From Octopus vulgaris (lineage: Eukaryota), in NCBI GenBank assembly GCA_951406725.2, contig OX597819.1, positions 114,700,001 to 114,764,000 on the forward strand: 64,000 nt of DNA, read 5' to 3'. This document shows, one piece after another, positions 26,015-38,257 of this stretch; position 1 is the stretch's first letter, and every line of letters begins with the position of its first letter. The notes below the pieces were generated by a model. The model saw only the letters and a program-made list of their open reading frames with translations, did no database searches and was not told where the DNA came from. The position numbers were made by a program, and so were the translations under genes.

Positions 26015-26305
26015 CTCCGTTGGTTACAATGACGAATGTTCCAGTTGATCCGATCAATGGGGTGGTCAGATCGTAAAATTAATGTGCAAAGTGGCTGAGC
26101 ACTCCACAAACACGAATGCCCTTAACGTAGTTCTCAGAGAGATTCAGCGAGACGTGACGAGGCTGGCCAATTGAATTACGTTACTCCATCTGAGTGAAAT
26201 GGAGTAGTATGAAATAAAGTGTCTTGCTGAATGACACAAGGCGCTGCCAGGAATCGAACCCACGACCGTTAGCTGAATACCTTTGCCACTAAGCTACGCG
26301 TCTTC
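26015..26305 (-). mobile_element. tRNA-derived SINE, family A variant
   Basis: Reverse copy related to 38959-39272. Confidence 0.7.
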
Positions 26306-26836
26306 ACAATAATAATAATTTTTACAAAAACAATGACAATGAATGAATGGGAAAAAATTATTTAATTGATTTATTTCACAAGTCTTCAGAATATTTTCCT
26401 ACAACTCCGCTCTTCATTTTGGAATTAAAAGGTATCTTAGATTTTCTTGGTAGTTTGCAATGCTTGTGTTCGCATTGCAAGCTCATAGATTAACATAGTT
26501 CTACGTAAATATCTTTTACAAAAAAGTGCTGTACTTTATTCCAATTTATAGGTGATATTTAATCCTGTTAAACAGTTTCAATGTTGTCGTAACTGAAACA
26601 GTCCAGAGTTCATTTTTAAAATGTAGTGGTAACGATATGTGTTGATTGAATAAATAATAATTATTAAAAAGCAGCTAAACAAAATTCAATTCAATATCTA
26701 TAAATTGGAAAGTCGTTTCTTTCTCTCCTTTTTTTTACAGGTTGGGGGGGGGGACATGAAATCTGTCTCAACTGACTCGTATATGTCTTTGAAAAATACG
26801 GCTGAAGTGGAGTTATGTTTACTCTGTTTACACATT

Positions 26837-27793
26837 TTAAAGTACGTCTTCTGATTTTGATACCGAATTTTCCTCAGAGATATTAAAAGCTTTGCAAAAA
26901 TGCTTCCTGCACTTTCGGTAACACAAGCCACAAATTACAGGGCTTAAACAACTATTCAACATCCAAAAACGCTCCAGAATGTTTTTTACTTTTTGTAACG
27001 AAGATACATTTTTGAAAAAGGGATATGTTACGTTTAAAACTAAATTTGGCGTGAAACTCACAATGTACACCAAAGAAAGCATAATGAATATCACGTTCGT
27101 TTGATTTTTGTGTTTCTCTGCGGGCATTTCTTTTGTGGTATCTATCCTTTGCCTTTCTGTGAGTCGATAACGTTTCATGTAGAAGTGGACGTAAGTAATA
27201 AGTGTGGTAGTGATTATTAACAGAATTATATGAAAACCAAATATGAATAACATGTATATCCAGAACCAGAGCCCGGTATTATAGGCGCATATTATGTATT
27301 TGTTGTTATGGATTTCCAAAATGAAAACATCCGAGTAAAAAATCACTGGTAGAGATAGCAGTAGCGACACAAATGCTATCAAAAAACACAAGTCTTTGCA
27401 ACCCTTCTCTGATAGTTGTCTCTTCAATGAATGACATTTTTTGTGGTATCTTTCGACTGATATGGTGAGAAGAATGAAAGAAGTTGTCATGAAGCAATAA
27501 ATGATAACGAGCTTGTATAATTTGCAGATATGTATCGATGGATACGGAGCCGCTAGGTGAAGATCGATTATACCAAGCGGCATACCAACAATGCAACCGA
27601 TTAAATTAAAAGCTGACAATGCTACAAGGAACCTTTCAATATTTGATTTCTTAGTATAGTTTACGTAAATGTATATTACGAAAACATTGCCAAAAATTCC
27701 AGAAGGGATCATAAAAGATAGTACAATAACCACAGGAGTTGTTTCGGAAAGCACATGTGGATTCACTGAGATGTTTGCGTCGATGTAAAACAT
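26837..27793 (-). CDS. Intronless class A orphan GPCR, 318 aa, paralog of 631-1611
   Basis: First ATG at 27793 in ACCATG context (the ORF-track start at 27832 is TTG); GIFGN, SNIERF, ICKLYK, ISVERY, SLPVIFY and SFTP shared with the first GPCR. Confidence 0.88.
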   Translation of the reverse strand: MFYIDANISVNPHVLSETTPVVIVLSFMIPSGIFGNVFVIYIYVNYTKKSNIERFLVALSAFNLIGCIVGMPLGIIDLHLAAPYPSIHICKLYKLVIIYCFMTTSFILLTISVERYHKKCHSLKRQLSEKGCKDLCFLIAFVSLLLSLPVIFYSDVFILEIHNNKYIICAYNTGLWFWIYMLFIFGFHIILLIITTTLITYVHFYMKRYRLTERQRIDTTKEMPAEKHKNQTNVIFIMLSLVYIVSFTPNLVLNVTYPFFKNVSSLQKVKNILERFWMLNSCLSPVICGLCYRKCRKHFCKAFNISEENSVSKSEDVL

Positions 27794-28507
27794 GGTTCGC
27801 GAAAGGTAATTATAGAAAATATCAGGAGACAAAAAAAATAATAATAAAAGATAAAAAGCATCGAATATTCTACCGTTTTAGAAAATCCAGTTTTCAATCG
27901 AGATATTAGAGATACTAGTGAACGTCGCTTTCTAAACGACTAATATATACTTGAGATTTATTTTCACATATACATGCTCAAAGATTCATACTCTTACGCG
28001 GGCGCGCACAAAAATGACGTAATAATTATAAAATATCGTTCATAAATTAAACTAAAGAGCTGCGTGTTCCTATTAAGCTTCGTGGCCAAAATTCTTGACT
28101 TCAGAAATGAAAACTTAAAATATCAGTCGAACAGAACTACATTATATTTTATGCAAACATGGCCAGAGATCGGGATTCAGACAAGACTGACAATTTGTTA
28201 CTTTTATGTATCATTGTTGTTTCTTTCTCTTGACCATATATATGACACGAGATTGCTTTTCTATTTCTCTTGTGTTGTAAATCTTGTGGAAGAGCTGTTT
28301 ATAATTTCTTATTATTTGCCTTCTGTATATAAGTAGTATGTTTATCGTTGGTGTCGATGGTAGTTAGAATGGTACATACGGGAGGACTTTTTTTTGCCAA
28401 AGCTATCTTGTATTTTCTTTGTTAGGTTTGAAAACATTGCGATCCGTGTTGTAATCTGAAGAGTGGGGATGGGTGATTAAGCGAGGCTAAGGATTAGCCA
28501 TCGTGGA

Positions 28508-28780
28508 GGCGCAATGGCCCAGTAGTTAGGGCAACGGACTCGTGGTCGGAGGATCGTGGTTTCGATTCCCAGACCGGGCCTTGTGTGTGTTTATTGAGCG
28601 AAAACACCCAAAAGTTCCACGAAGCTCCAGCAGGGGCGACTTTTTCTCACTCAACTTCTTGTTTCTTGGATAACGCTGCGATGGACTGGCGTCCAGCTGG
28701 AAGAACACATACACCACAGAAACCGGGAAACCGGGCCCATGAGCCTGACTAGGCTTGAAAAGGGCTCATAAATAAATAAA
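28508..28780 (+). mobile_element. tRNA-derived SINE
   Basis: A-box TGGCCCAGTAG, B-box GGTTTCGATTCC, (AAT)-rich tail. Confidence 0.7.
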
Positions 28781-29338
28781 AATAATAAAGACCCATCATG
28801 GAATATTTGAGTGTGCATAACAGAGTGATGGGTTTGTATATATTACTTCACATAAGAAGACTAGCAATTTCGAGGAGAAAGTCTATTCAGTGCTGTCTTG
28901 AGGTATACACAGAGACCCAATTTTGATTTATTAATGCTGTGGTTTGTTGTCAATAAATATGTAGCCCAATGTACTGATTTACCCAGGTGCCTATTATACT
29001 GCTAAGACGGCTCCAAGTCTATTACATCCACCCTAGTGTTCAACTAGTACTTCTTCTATCGACCCGAAAGGATGAATTGCAAAGTCAACTTCGGTGGCAT
29101 TTGAACTCAAAGCGTAAAGAACGGAGAAATGCCTCTAAGAATTTTTGCCTGGTGCAGTAACGAGTCTGCCAATTCACCGCCTAACACTTCCTTCGAAAGG
29201 AATATACCAACACCTAGAGTGTGGGGGAATCACCTTCTGGCTCTGGGTGTATTTAGTGCGTATTTGTAATTTTGCTGGCTCTGAGATAAGTTTTTAGATT
29301 TCTTTATTTCTTTTTAGGTGCCTGATGAGTGCAATAGG

Positions 29339-29743
29339 TACAAAAAAGTGCTGTACTTTATTCCAATTTATAGGTGATATTTAATCCTGTTAAACAGTTT
29401 CAATGTTGTCGGAACTGAAACAGTCCAGAGTTCATTTTTAAAATGTAGTGGTAACGATATGTGTTGATTGAATAAATAATAATTATTAAAAAGCAGCTAA
29501 ACAAAATTCAATTCAATATCTATAAATTGGAAAGTCGTTTCTTTCTCTCCTTTTTTACAGGATGGAGGGACATGAAATCTGTCTCAACTGACTCGTATAT
29601 ATCTTTGAAAAATACGGCTGAAGTGGAGTTATGTTTACTCTGTTACACATTTTAAAGTACGTCTTCTGATTTTGATACCGAATTTTCCTCAGAGATATTA
29701 AAAGCTTTGCAAAAATGCTTCCTGCACTTTCGGTAACACAAGC
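29339..29743 (-). pseudogene. Recent duplicate of the GPCR C-terminal 30 codons and 3' UTR (copy of 26517-26928)
   Basis: About 405 bp near-identical direct repeat including LCYRKCRKHFCKAFNISEENSVSKSEDVL-stop. Confidence 0.9.
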
Positions 29744-30080
29744 GTCTTTCACATTTGTGTCTTCTTTGTGCGTTAGTTTTCTGAAGTGTTATAGTATTGT
29801 TGCAGATTAAACATATAATGTCAGGGACTTTGTGGGTGATGTTTGCTGTAATAATAAACCGAGCCCTACACAAACCCAGTTGGTCTTTTCATTTCGAGCA
29901 TTAAAAATTCCGTTGCTTTGCGTCTTAGGATGAAATGTGAGCCTCAAGGTATGACATGAAATAAACCGTTTTTTGTTCTTTGTTGTGGAGATATAGAAAT
30001 CCCAGTATCTAATTTGTATTGCGGGCATTCTGGAAAATTATATACTTCCTGTTATTGTTATTTTACTTTAAATAGGTGAA

Positions 30081-30420
30081 GGCGCATGGCTCAGTGGTTA
30101 GAGCGTCGAGCTTACAATCGTGAGGTTGTGAGCTCGAATCCCGGACCGGGCTGCGTGTTGTGTTCTCGAGCAAGGCACTTTATTTCACGTTGCTCCAGTT
30201 CACTCAGCTGTAGAAATGAGTTGCGACGTCACGGGTGGCAAGCTGTATCGACCTTTGTCCTTCCCTTGGATAACACTGGTGGCGTGGAGAGGGGAGGCTG
30301 GCATGCATGGGCGACTGCTGGCCTTCCATAAACAACCTTGCGCGGACTTGTGTCTAGGAGGGTAACTTTCTAGGTGCAATCCCATGGTCATTCATGACCG
30401 AAGGGGGTCTTTACCCCTTT
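30081..30420 (+). mobile_element. tRNA-derived SINE, family A
   Basis: GGCGCATGGCTCAGTGGTTAGAGCG...TCGAATCCC head then non-tRNA body; inverted sister at 36625-36958. Confidence 0.85.
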
Positions 30421-30860
30421 ACTTTAAATAGGTTTGGTGACATTTGTGTGTGTGATATCCGATTGTACTGCTTGCACGGATTCTTGTAACTCTCTTCGCC
30501 ATGCAATTCTGTGAATTGGGAGCTTAGGTCATAATGAGTCTTTCATTAGTTGATTATGCAACCATGGACACCGCCCCCCCCCCCCACAGATGCTTTGCAA
30601 TTACACTTTCGATGGAGCTTGCTAATCCTGATCGTTGATTTTCTTGGATTCCTTCGTTCGATATCAATATTAGAAACACCGTTGGCTCTGTCGACTCCCA
30701 TCCGCCATCTCTTCGCAATCATGACTTCACCGTATCCTTGGCGAAGTGGCTGAACTTGCCAAAGGGCAGTCCGTTACCATGCAAGGCCCGGTCGTCACTG
30801 TGTGAGTTATTTTCAAAATACTCGCATACTCAGAGAGATAATTAAATAGGCAATGTTTTA

Positions 30861-30891
<31 letters not shown>

Positions 30892-30928
30892 GTTTTTAAA
30901 GTTGTTTTTATTATTTTGTTAATATATA

Positions 30929-31103
30929 GGCGTAGGAGTGGCTGTGTGGTAAGTAGCTTGCTTACCAACCACATGGTTCCGGGTTCCCACTACGTGGCAC
31001 CTTGGGTAAGTGTCTTCTACTAAAGTCTCGGGCGGACCAAAGCCTTGTGAGTGGATTTGGCAGACGGAAACTGAAAGAATCCCGTCGTATATATGTATGT
31101 ATG

Positions 31104-31149
<46 letters not shown>

Positions 31150-31550
31150 ATCCAAACAAGAAAGCACAAAAAACACAACAACGCGAGGACGTGGAATAAA
31201 TATGGTATTATTGGACGCTCAGGAAAGAAGGAGGGTTTTAACGTTTCGAGCGGAGCTCTTCGTCGGAAACATAGGAGAAGGAAAGATCCAGAGAAGGGAA
31301 GACAGAGGAAAATATATATATATGTGTGGGTGTGTGTGTGTATGTTTGTGTGTCTGTGTTTGTCCCCCCAACATCACTTGACAACCGATGCTGGTGTATT
31401 TAGTCCCCGTAACTTAGCGGTTCGGCAAAAGACACCGATAGAATAAGTACTAGGCTTCCAAAGAATAAGTCCTGGGGTCGATTTGCTCGACTAAAGGGGT
31501 TGCTCCAGCATGGCCACAGTCAAATGACTGAAACAAGTAAAAGAGTAAAG
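30929..31550 (+). mobile_element. SINE family B with a 165 bp Penelope-like insert (31146-31312) in its (TA)n
   Basis: Colinear with 5158-5552 apart from the insert. Confidence 0.8.
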
Positions 31551-31875
31551 AGTGTATAGGTAGCGAGGAATGGAATTAAATGTGTCATCGCCATTGTTGC
31601 GATCGTCGTTTCTTAATCCCCATTTCAGACCATTACAGACCCATGATCAAAGGCGTTCTAATGATTACTGCCCCATCTTTCTGTTGGACATTGAGTACCC
31701 AGGGACAACGTTATCTAATGTGCGTCTCCCTTTTAAAATAGGAGACTGCATATTTGTGGAAAAGGTCGAGCGACCACGTGGTGCGGGAGAAAGTAAGCCT
31801 GTTGCTTGTGGGCAAAACCTCACCCACATTCAAATTTGAAACTACTCATTGATAAAGTCTCTAAAATTTCATATA

Positions 31876-32787
31876 CCGTAAATCCTCGAGTATAGTCCGC
31901 CCTTGAGTATAATACACAGAGGATTTTTAGGGGGCTGCAACTCTGAAAAACCTAAACCTTTTGTATAATACGCACCCCTTCTCTAATTTGAGTCAAGGAG
32001 GTCTATATAAAGTCCTTGGTTTGTAAAAATGTATACGGTAACATCCTTTATTAGTGTTGTATATATAACATAATGCAAACGTGTAGCTTTTCAAATTTTC
32101 TTCTGGTGGCCCTATTACCATGATCTTCAGCATATGATATAACTTCAAGTTTAAAAATAATGAATGAGATCTACAAGGCATTTTATGGGCATGTGATGTA
32201 TAAAATGTTTTATTGGAGATTAATGTACAGGTTTAAGTCCCGCTTATAAAAAAACCCTAGTAAAAACCCACAGTAGTTCAAACATTTAATACTGCTATTT
32301 AATTAAGTATCTATTGTTTGCCATTGTAATGATGCCAATACAAACAGCAGGATGAACTATTTAGCGTTAAACTATTAAGCACAATTTGTGCGTAATTAAG
32401 CCAGCCGCACCTAGTCGAACAAATATTTCCGCGCATGCGTAATACAATAATGATGTTCTTAACTGTTATATGGGAATGTAAATATGTTTGCAAATTGTTT
32501 TTGTTACATGTTATTCTGTGTTCTGAATACTTTTATTTCAATAAATGTTGCTTACTGCAAGTTATGGATGATTCTTTTATGACTTCATTGCTTTCAGGCT
32601 TAGCTTTAAGTATTTTCGCGCCCGACATCATAAAATGCGTCTGAATAACCATTGCCGGACAGCAAATAGAGACTCGGACATTGCTTAGAAAATATTTTCC
32701 ATTTCAAACCTCCTATATAGTACGCACTAGTGATTTTGGCCATTAAATTTTGGGGAAAAAATGCAGATTATACTCGAGGATTTACGG
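31876..32787. mobile_element. Non-autonomous Tc2/pogo-like DNA transposon
   Basis: TA|CCGTAAATCCTCGAGTATA ... TATACTCGAGGATTTACGG|TA: perfect 19 bp TIRs with TA duplication. Confidence 0.9.
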
Positions 32788-33522
32788 TATAAAAAGGTTT
32801 AAGCCTTAAGACGAAATCACGCATGGAACAAACACATTCTTTTAGTGGTGTTGCTTTTTTCCCCTTTTTACAGTGATACGGACAAATTGATAGCATAATA
32901 GATGCACCCTTAATATAGCAAATTTAGCGATTCATTTGATTGTTTTGTTTTTTTTAATTAAAGATTTTTCTGTTGTGTTTTGTTACTAATAATTTTCCCA
33001 GGCAAGCGTTTGGTTCAATAAAAAATAGTCATTGCTTTTTTCATAAAAATGGAAAGTGTGTGTGTGCGCCTTATCTTATAAAAAAAGAAGCGGGGTTTCC
33101 TCAGTCTGTTCGTCACAACATTCATTAGAAGGAGGGGAAAAGGGGAGGAATCAATATATGTCACTATGTATATTTAGAAGAAAGGGAGGAGAAAAAGTTG
33201 TTGAGAGATAAATTCAGTGAGAGAGTGGTAGGTAGTGTTGTCACCATAGTCAACGCAATACAGCTTAAAAGAAGATTTCCATTATATAACAGTATAGATC
33301 GTTATTTTTTGTTGTTGTTTGTTTGTGTGTGTATTTCTGTGTAAGTATGCTGTATGTTTCTGTATGTTTTTTTAAATATAAAAACAACGCAGCTTCAAAA
33401 CAAACAAACATAAAAAAAGACTTGTACAGATAGTCATTTTGTGTGTATATATGTGTGTACGTTTGTGTGTGAAAGATAAAATTAAAATTTTTTCACGGAA
33501 AAACAGGTTGTTGAGAGAAATG

Positions 33523-33566
<44 letters not shown>

Positions 33567-35197
33567 TGTGTGTGTATGAGAGAGAGAGAGAAAGAGAGAG
33601 AAATACAGATAGATAGATATGGAGACTGTTGTCACCATAAATAACTAACGAGATTTTCACTCTATAACAGAACGTACGTGCATGATTAATAAATATTTTT
33701 ACCGGTAGCGTAGCGACAGGTAAAGATCTACATTGGATGCAACCTGTTTAACTCTGGCACAAAGACATACAAAAACAACATACTTGACCACCTAATGTGT
33801 TAGTTTCTCATTTCATTGTAGTTATTACCCTGTAAAGGAAGCCATCTCTTGTTTTGTCCTTTCCTTGATATAAGGATTCCATTATTCGTGTGTTCGTTGG
33901 TCGTAAACAAATATATTTTTGCTATCCCTCTTTCTCTGAGAAGCGATCCTGTTCTGTTTTCTTATTCACATTATTTCCTATTCTTTCTTATATTTTGCTT
34001 TAATGTACTACAACAGATACACGAAGCAAAAAGGACAGCGGGGATATGGCGCTTTCTTTTGATTTGGGCAAAAGCCCATTTTTTGAACGATTGATGGGAC
34101 CGATTTTTCGGGTAGAGATGCTAGCTTCCCGATATTCGATAATTGTTAGAAAAGTAGTTGTAACTTTTACATATGATTCCTATCACCTTAGTTTAACTTG
34201 TCCGCGCAATTTGGAATTATTTCTAGCAAAAAGCTTAAGTTTTGTCACTGATGTTTTTGTGTATTTTACTTCTTCGGGAGTATCTTTGCCCGTTTTGATA
34301 ATACTTCAGTTCAGAGAGATTGTCCAAATCCTGACTCTTTGGTTCATATTGCCTCTCCTCAAACTACTTTCACAATTAATGTAGTTTCTCTTTCCTTTTA
34401 AGGTTGTATTAAACTTCAGCTTTTAGGGATGGGACTATAAATGATCTAATTGTAAAAATATTTGCTTACTTAATTAAATAATGTGATCTTGTGTATTTAT
34501 TTTCAATGTTTCGTAATTTGTTAGTCTGCTATGTTCGTGAACTTTAGTCATTTTGTAAATAGATAACCTCTTACAAATGGAATATGCAATGAATATACAG
34601 TAATCTATTGACACTGAAATATGCTGTCACAGACTCCGAAGGACAAGTGGCAAAATTACTGTGTGGTCAAGGATTAGTAAGCTTTTCACTTGAAAACATT
34701 CCCTTCAGTCCGAAAGTGAAAGTTCATGTTTCAAACACAACTATGGTTCTGCTGATTTCTCATCCAGCAGACCTTAGTAACCACTAAAATGATTAACTCT
34801 CTTGACTATAGCCCCAAAAAGTTTCACAAACAATACTGATACAAGTTATTGAAGTCGATTTTCAAAGGGCGTGGGAAATATATGTACGATAGTCCTTAGA
34901 ATTAGTAATATGTGCCGGTATCCACTCAGTGTTCCCGGATTAACATAATCCACATGTATAATGCAGTGTGCGTTATGTTGTCGTTGTTTAACTCTGTGAT
35001 CAAGCAGGCTTATAATCGAAGGCGTTCCAGTAGTGACTGTCCTGTCTTTTTTTTTCGGACATAGGATATCCAAGGTGGTGAATTAACAATGTTGTTAGAG
35101 CATCGTATAGAATGCTGAGCGGCATTTCTTCTGAATCTCTATTCTCTGTATTTGTCTCCTGCCCTCTTGAGCTTTGTCTTTCAGGATTCTTCTCCTT

Positions 35198-35200
<3 letters not shown>

Positions 35201-35262
<62 letters not shown>
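35201..35262. repeat. (CT)n microsatellite (one of many TA, CA, CT, TAA and TATG tracts)
   Basis: Direct reading. Confidence 0.95.
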
Positions 35263-35266
<4 letters not shown>

Positions 35267-36102
35267 TCTTTGTTCTTTGTTCCTTCCATTCTTTCTCATT
35301 CTCTCTTCCAGTCTGTTCGATCCCCTCCTCTCTTTTCTCTCTTCCTCATTTCCCTTCCTCCCTTTCTCTTATTCTAAGAAATCTGCTGTGGATAGACCTA
35401 GAAAGGGATGGACTCCAAGATACACTGTACGTTATGACAGTGCACCAATGACTCCTTCAGGAGATGAGGGCCCATGTAACAATTCTGCATTTTTCTGACT
35501 AAATTATCCACTGTGTCCACCCATTATTAAGGTAATAAATAATACTAACGGTCAGTATAACACAGAAGCCATCGTATATAAGGTGAAAGGTAGTGGGGTG
35601 ACAGAAGTATGACATGTCAGAGCAACAGAAGGCTTCTTTAAATCCCGACTAATGAACCTCAAATTTTCTTTTAAGAGCTAAGAAAGGCGAAGCATTACGA
35701 TGGTAATTAGATACACGTGGTAACTGAAAAAAAAGGGTGCATAACTTGAAATCATCTGGAGATTGCTAGAGAAACGCTGGCAGGATTAAGACCCTAAGCA
35801 CTCAAAAGATTTGGTGACCCCATATATATATATATATATATACAACTTATAAATAAGGGCAAACGAAAAAATTTCTAATGCCAAATATGCCGAAATTAGG
35901 CACATTGTCCATAACCATATATTTTTCACAATACGCACGCTACTCGAAAAAGGTCGACAGAAATTTCTAAAAAATTCCATTATTACCATATCGGACCGAT
36001 TTCAGAGTTAGTTCATAAGAACCCTCCCTTCGTCAGTGATAAATGTGGCAAAGAAATAAATGAGATACTTACTCATACCCATGGGTATGAGTAAGTATCT
36101 CA

Positions 36103-36600
36103 GCGGATGTTAGCATAAAGCTTGAAGATCAGGGAAAAAGAGAATACCTACGCTGAACTATTGAGAAGTCTGCAGTTACTCTATCCAGACTACAAGTTCA
36201 GGCTTATACCTATAATTATTGGGGCTCTAGGATATGTAACACGCTGCCTAAATACCAATCTTGAGAAATTAGGCTTCTCAAAACCAGAAAGGAGAAAGCT
36301 GGAGTGAATGGGTGTGCTGCCATATATACTGTAAAAATCTGTAAAACTTTCCAGAAGTTTATCATTTCAATATATATGAGCATGTCTAGATATGCATGAG
36401 AATGCATACATAAAGCAAAACATACAAATCTGCACACATACATACATACACACATACATACATACATACATACATACACATAAGCAAAAATACCCTGTTG
36501 TTGATGTTAAAATTTCAATGAAGGAGCCTTGGATCTAGGTTAGAAACCGACTCTTTCTCTATTAGCCAGAAATTTTAAAATAAAACGGAATAATGACATA
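36103..36600 (+). mobile_element. 3' end of RLE-type non-LTR retrotransposon
   Basis: EKENTYAELLRSLQLLYPDYKFRLIPIIIGALG is the RLE C-terminal motif; (CATA)n in tail. Confidence 0.7.
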
Positions 36601-36624
36601 CATACAGATATAGTATGTATGTCC

Positions 36625-36958
36625 GGGACCCCCTTCGGTCACGACACTGACCATGGGATTGCACCTAGAAAATTACCCTCCTAGTCACAAGTCTGGGCAT
36701 GGTTGTTTATGGAAGACCAGCAGTCTCCCATGCATACCGGCCTCCCCTCTCCACGCCACCAGTGTTATCCAAGGGAAAGGCAAAGGCCGATACAGCTTGG
36801 CACTCGTGACGTCGCAACTCATTTCTACGGCTGAGTGAACTGGAGCAACGTGAAATAAAGTGTCTTGCTCAAGAACACAACACGCAGCCCGGTCCGGGAT
36901 TCGAGCTCACAACCTCACGATCGTAAGCTCGACGCTCTAACCACTGAGCCATGCGCCT
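36625..36958 (-). mobile_element. tRNA-derived SINE, family A
   Basis: Reverse complement of 30081-30420. Confidence 0.85.
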
Positions 36959-37749
36959 TCATGTATGTATGTATGTATGTATGTATGTATGTATGTATGT
37001 ATGTATGTATGTATGTATATGCATGTATGACACACACACACACACACATAATTGCTAGTTCAATTCTGTCAAGGATGCTGACGTGTTCTGGAAAAGAAGG
37101 GGCACTAGGTGTGTCACAACTAGGAAATGAATATATTTATAAAACTAGCTGATCTCATGCCGTCAAAAATGACGGCTAATTGTTGTATTATATATATGAA
37201 CTAGACTTCCCATGACCCATCGGGTCACCTGGAAAGTCTGAATTTCCCAGCAACGGAGTTTTGCTTCGTGTTTTTTTTTTATATCTTGTCTGGGTTATTT
37301 CGCGTGCTTTCAACGAATGCGACATCGAAATCACTCGTAAAAGGCTCTTTTCCCCCAGAAAAGGAAAGATTTGACTGCTATTTCTTGCACACCCTGCTAC
37401 CACGCAACAGGTATTTCGGCTCCTTTATCACAAATAGCTGTTACGTGGTAGCAGGGCATGCCAGAAATAGCAGCCAAATCTTTAGAGTTGAGATACGTTG
37501 AGATACGCACTCGTCTGTGAAATTCTTTCTCTCTCTGACATATATAACATAAATACGGACGTAGCAGATAACAACTAAACTTCGGCCGATTTGGCCCTGT
37601 CCACTAATCTGATTGATTGGCATTGGCGCAGTTTGTCTCTTGCTGTATTACGCGCCAGTATGCAACCAAACCAATCGTAACCTTCTGATAAGGTCCCGTG
37701 ACACAGTTTTTCTAAAGCTCCGTTTAAGCCTATAATTTGCTATAAAACA

Positions 37750-38257
37750 CATCATCATCATCATTGTTCGACCGTGGTCGAGACAATGGAATTTACCATG
37801 CTACGCCAGACTTCACGGTCCATCATGGCATTACGGAGGTCCTGTTGCTGGATGCCTGTATCCCTGGAGATTACATCAGGGTAGGAGAGTGTGCGCCCTC
37901 TGGTATTGCGAGTAGATGGCTTCCAGAGGAGAAGTGTAGAAATTACCTCTTTTCAGCTCTACAGCAATGTCCAGCAAACTGGACTCTCCTACCTTTCACA
38001 AGCGATGACACAGGTGGTAGTTTCCCATATATTTGCATTTTGGTTGGATGGCGCCTCCACGAGAGATTTTGAGCTCTCATAAGGAGGCGAGTGTAGCTTC
38101 TATCCAACCGCCTCTCAAGCTTCTTTGATAACGTCCAGGTTTCTGAGCCATATAGTAGAATTGGTTCGACTGTGGCTTTGAAGATTTCAAGTTTGAGGTC
38201 TCTACTTAGATTTGATGACCAGATCTTATGCATGTCATTACAGGCTGACCAGGCCAT
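37750..38257 (-). mobile_element. RTE/RTEX-like LINE 3' fragment, second family
   Basis: KLEIFKATVEPILLYGSETWTLSKKLERRLD...RRVQFAGHC; (TGA)n tail. Confidence 0.85.

Noticed and set aside
27794-27832. N-terminal extension of the second GPCR shown in the ORF track
   Set aside because: Starts at TTG; the ATG at 27793 has good context and matches the paralog's N-terminal length.
30081-30155. tRNA genes (also 28508, 36890, 38959)
   Set aside because: A/B boxes are present, but the acceptor stem does not close and each runs into a shared SINE body.
35000-35498. ORFs with ER, SL, YI or HT runs (also 2186, 39484-39894, 44170)
   Set aside because: Translations of microsatellites.
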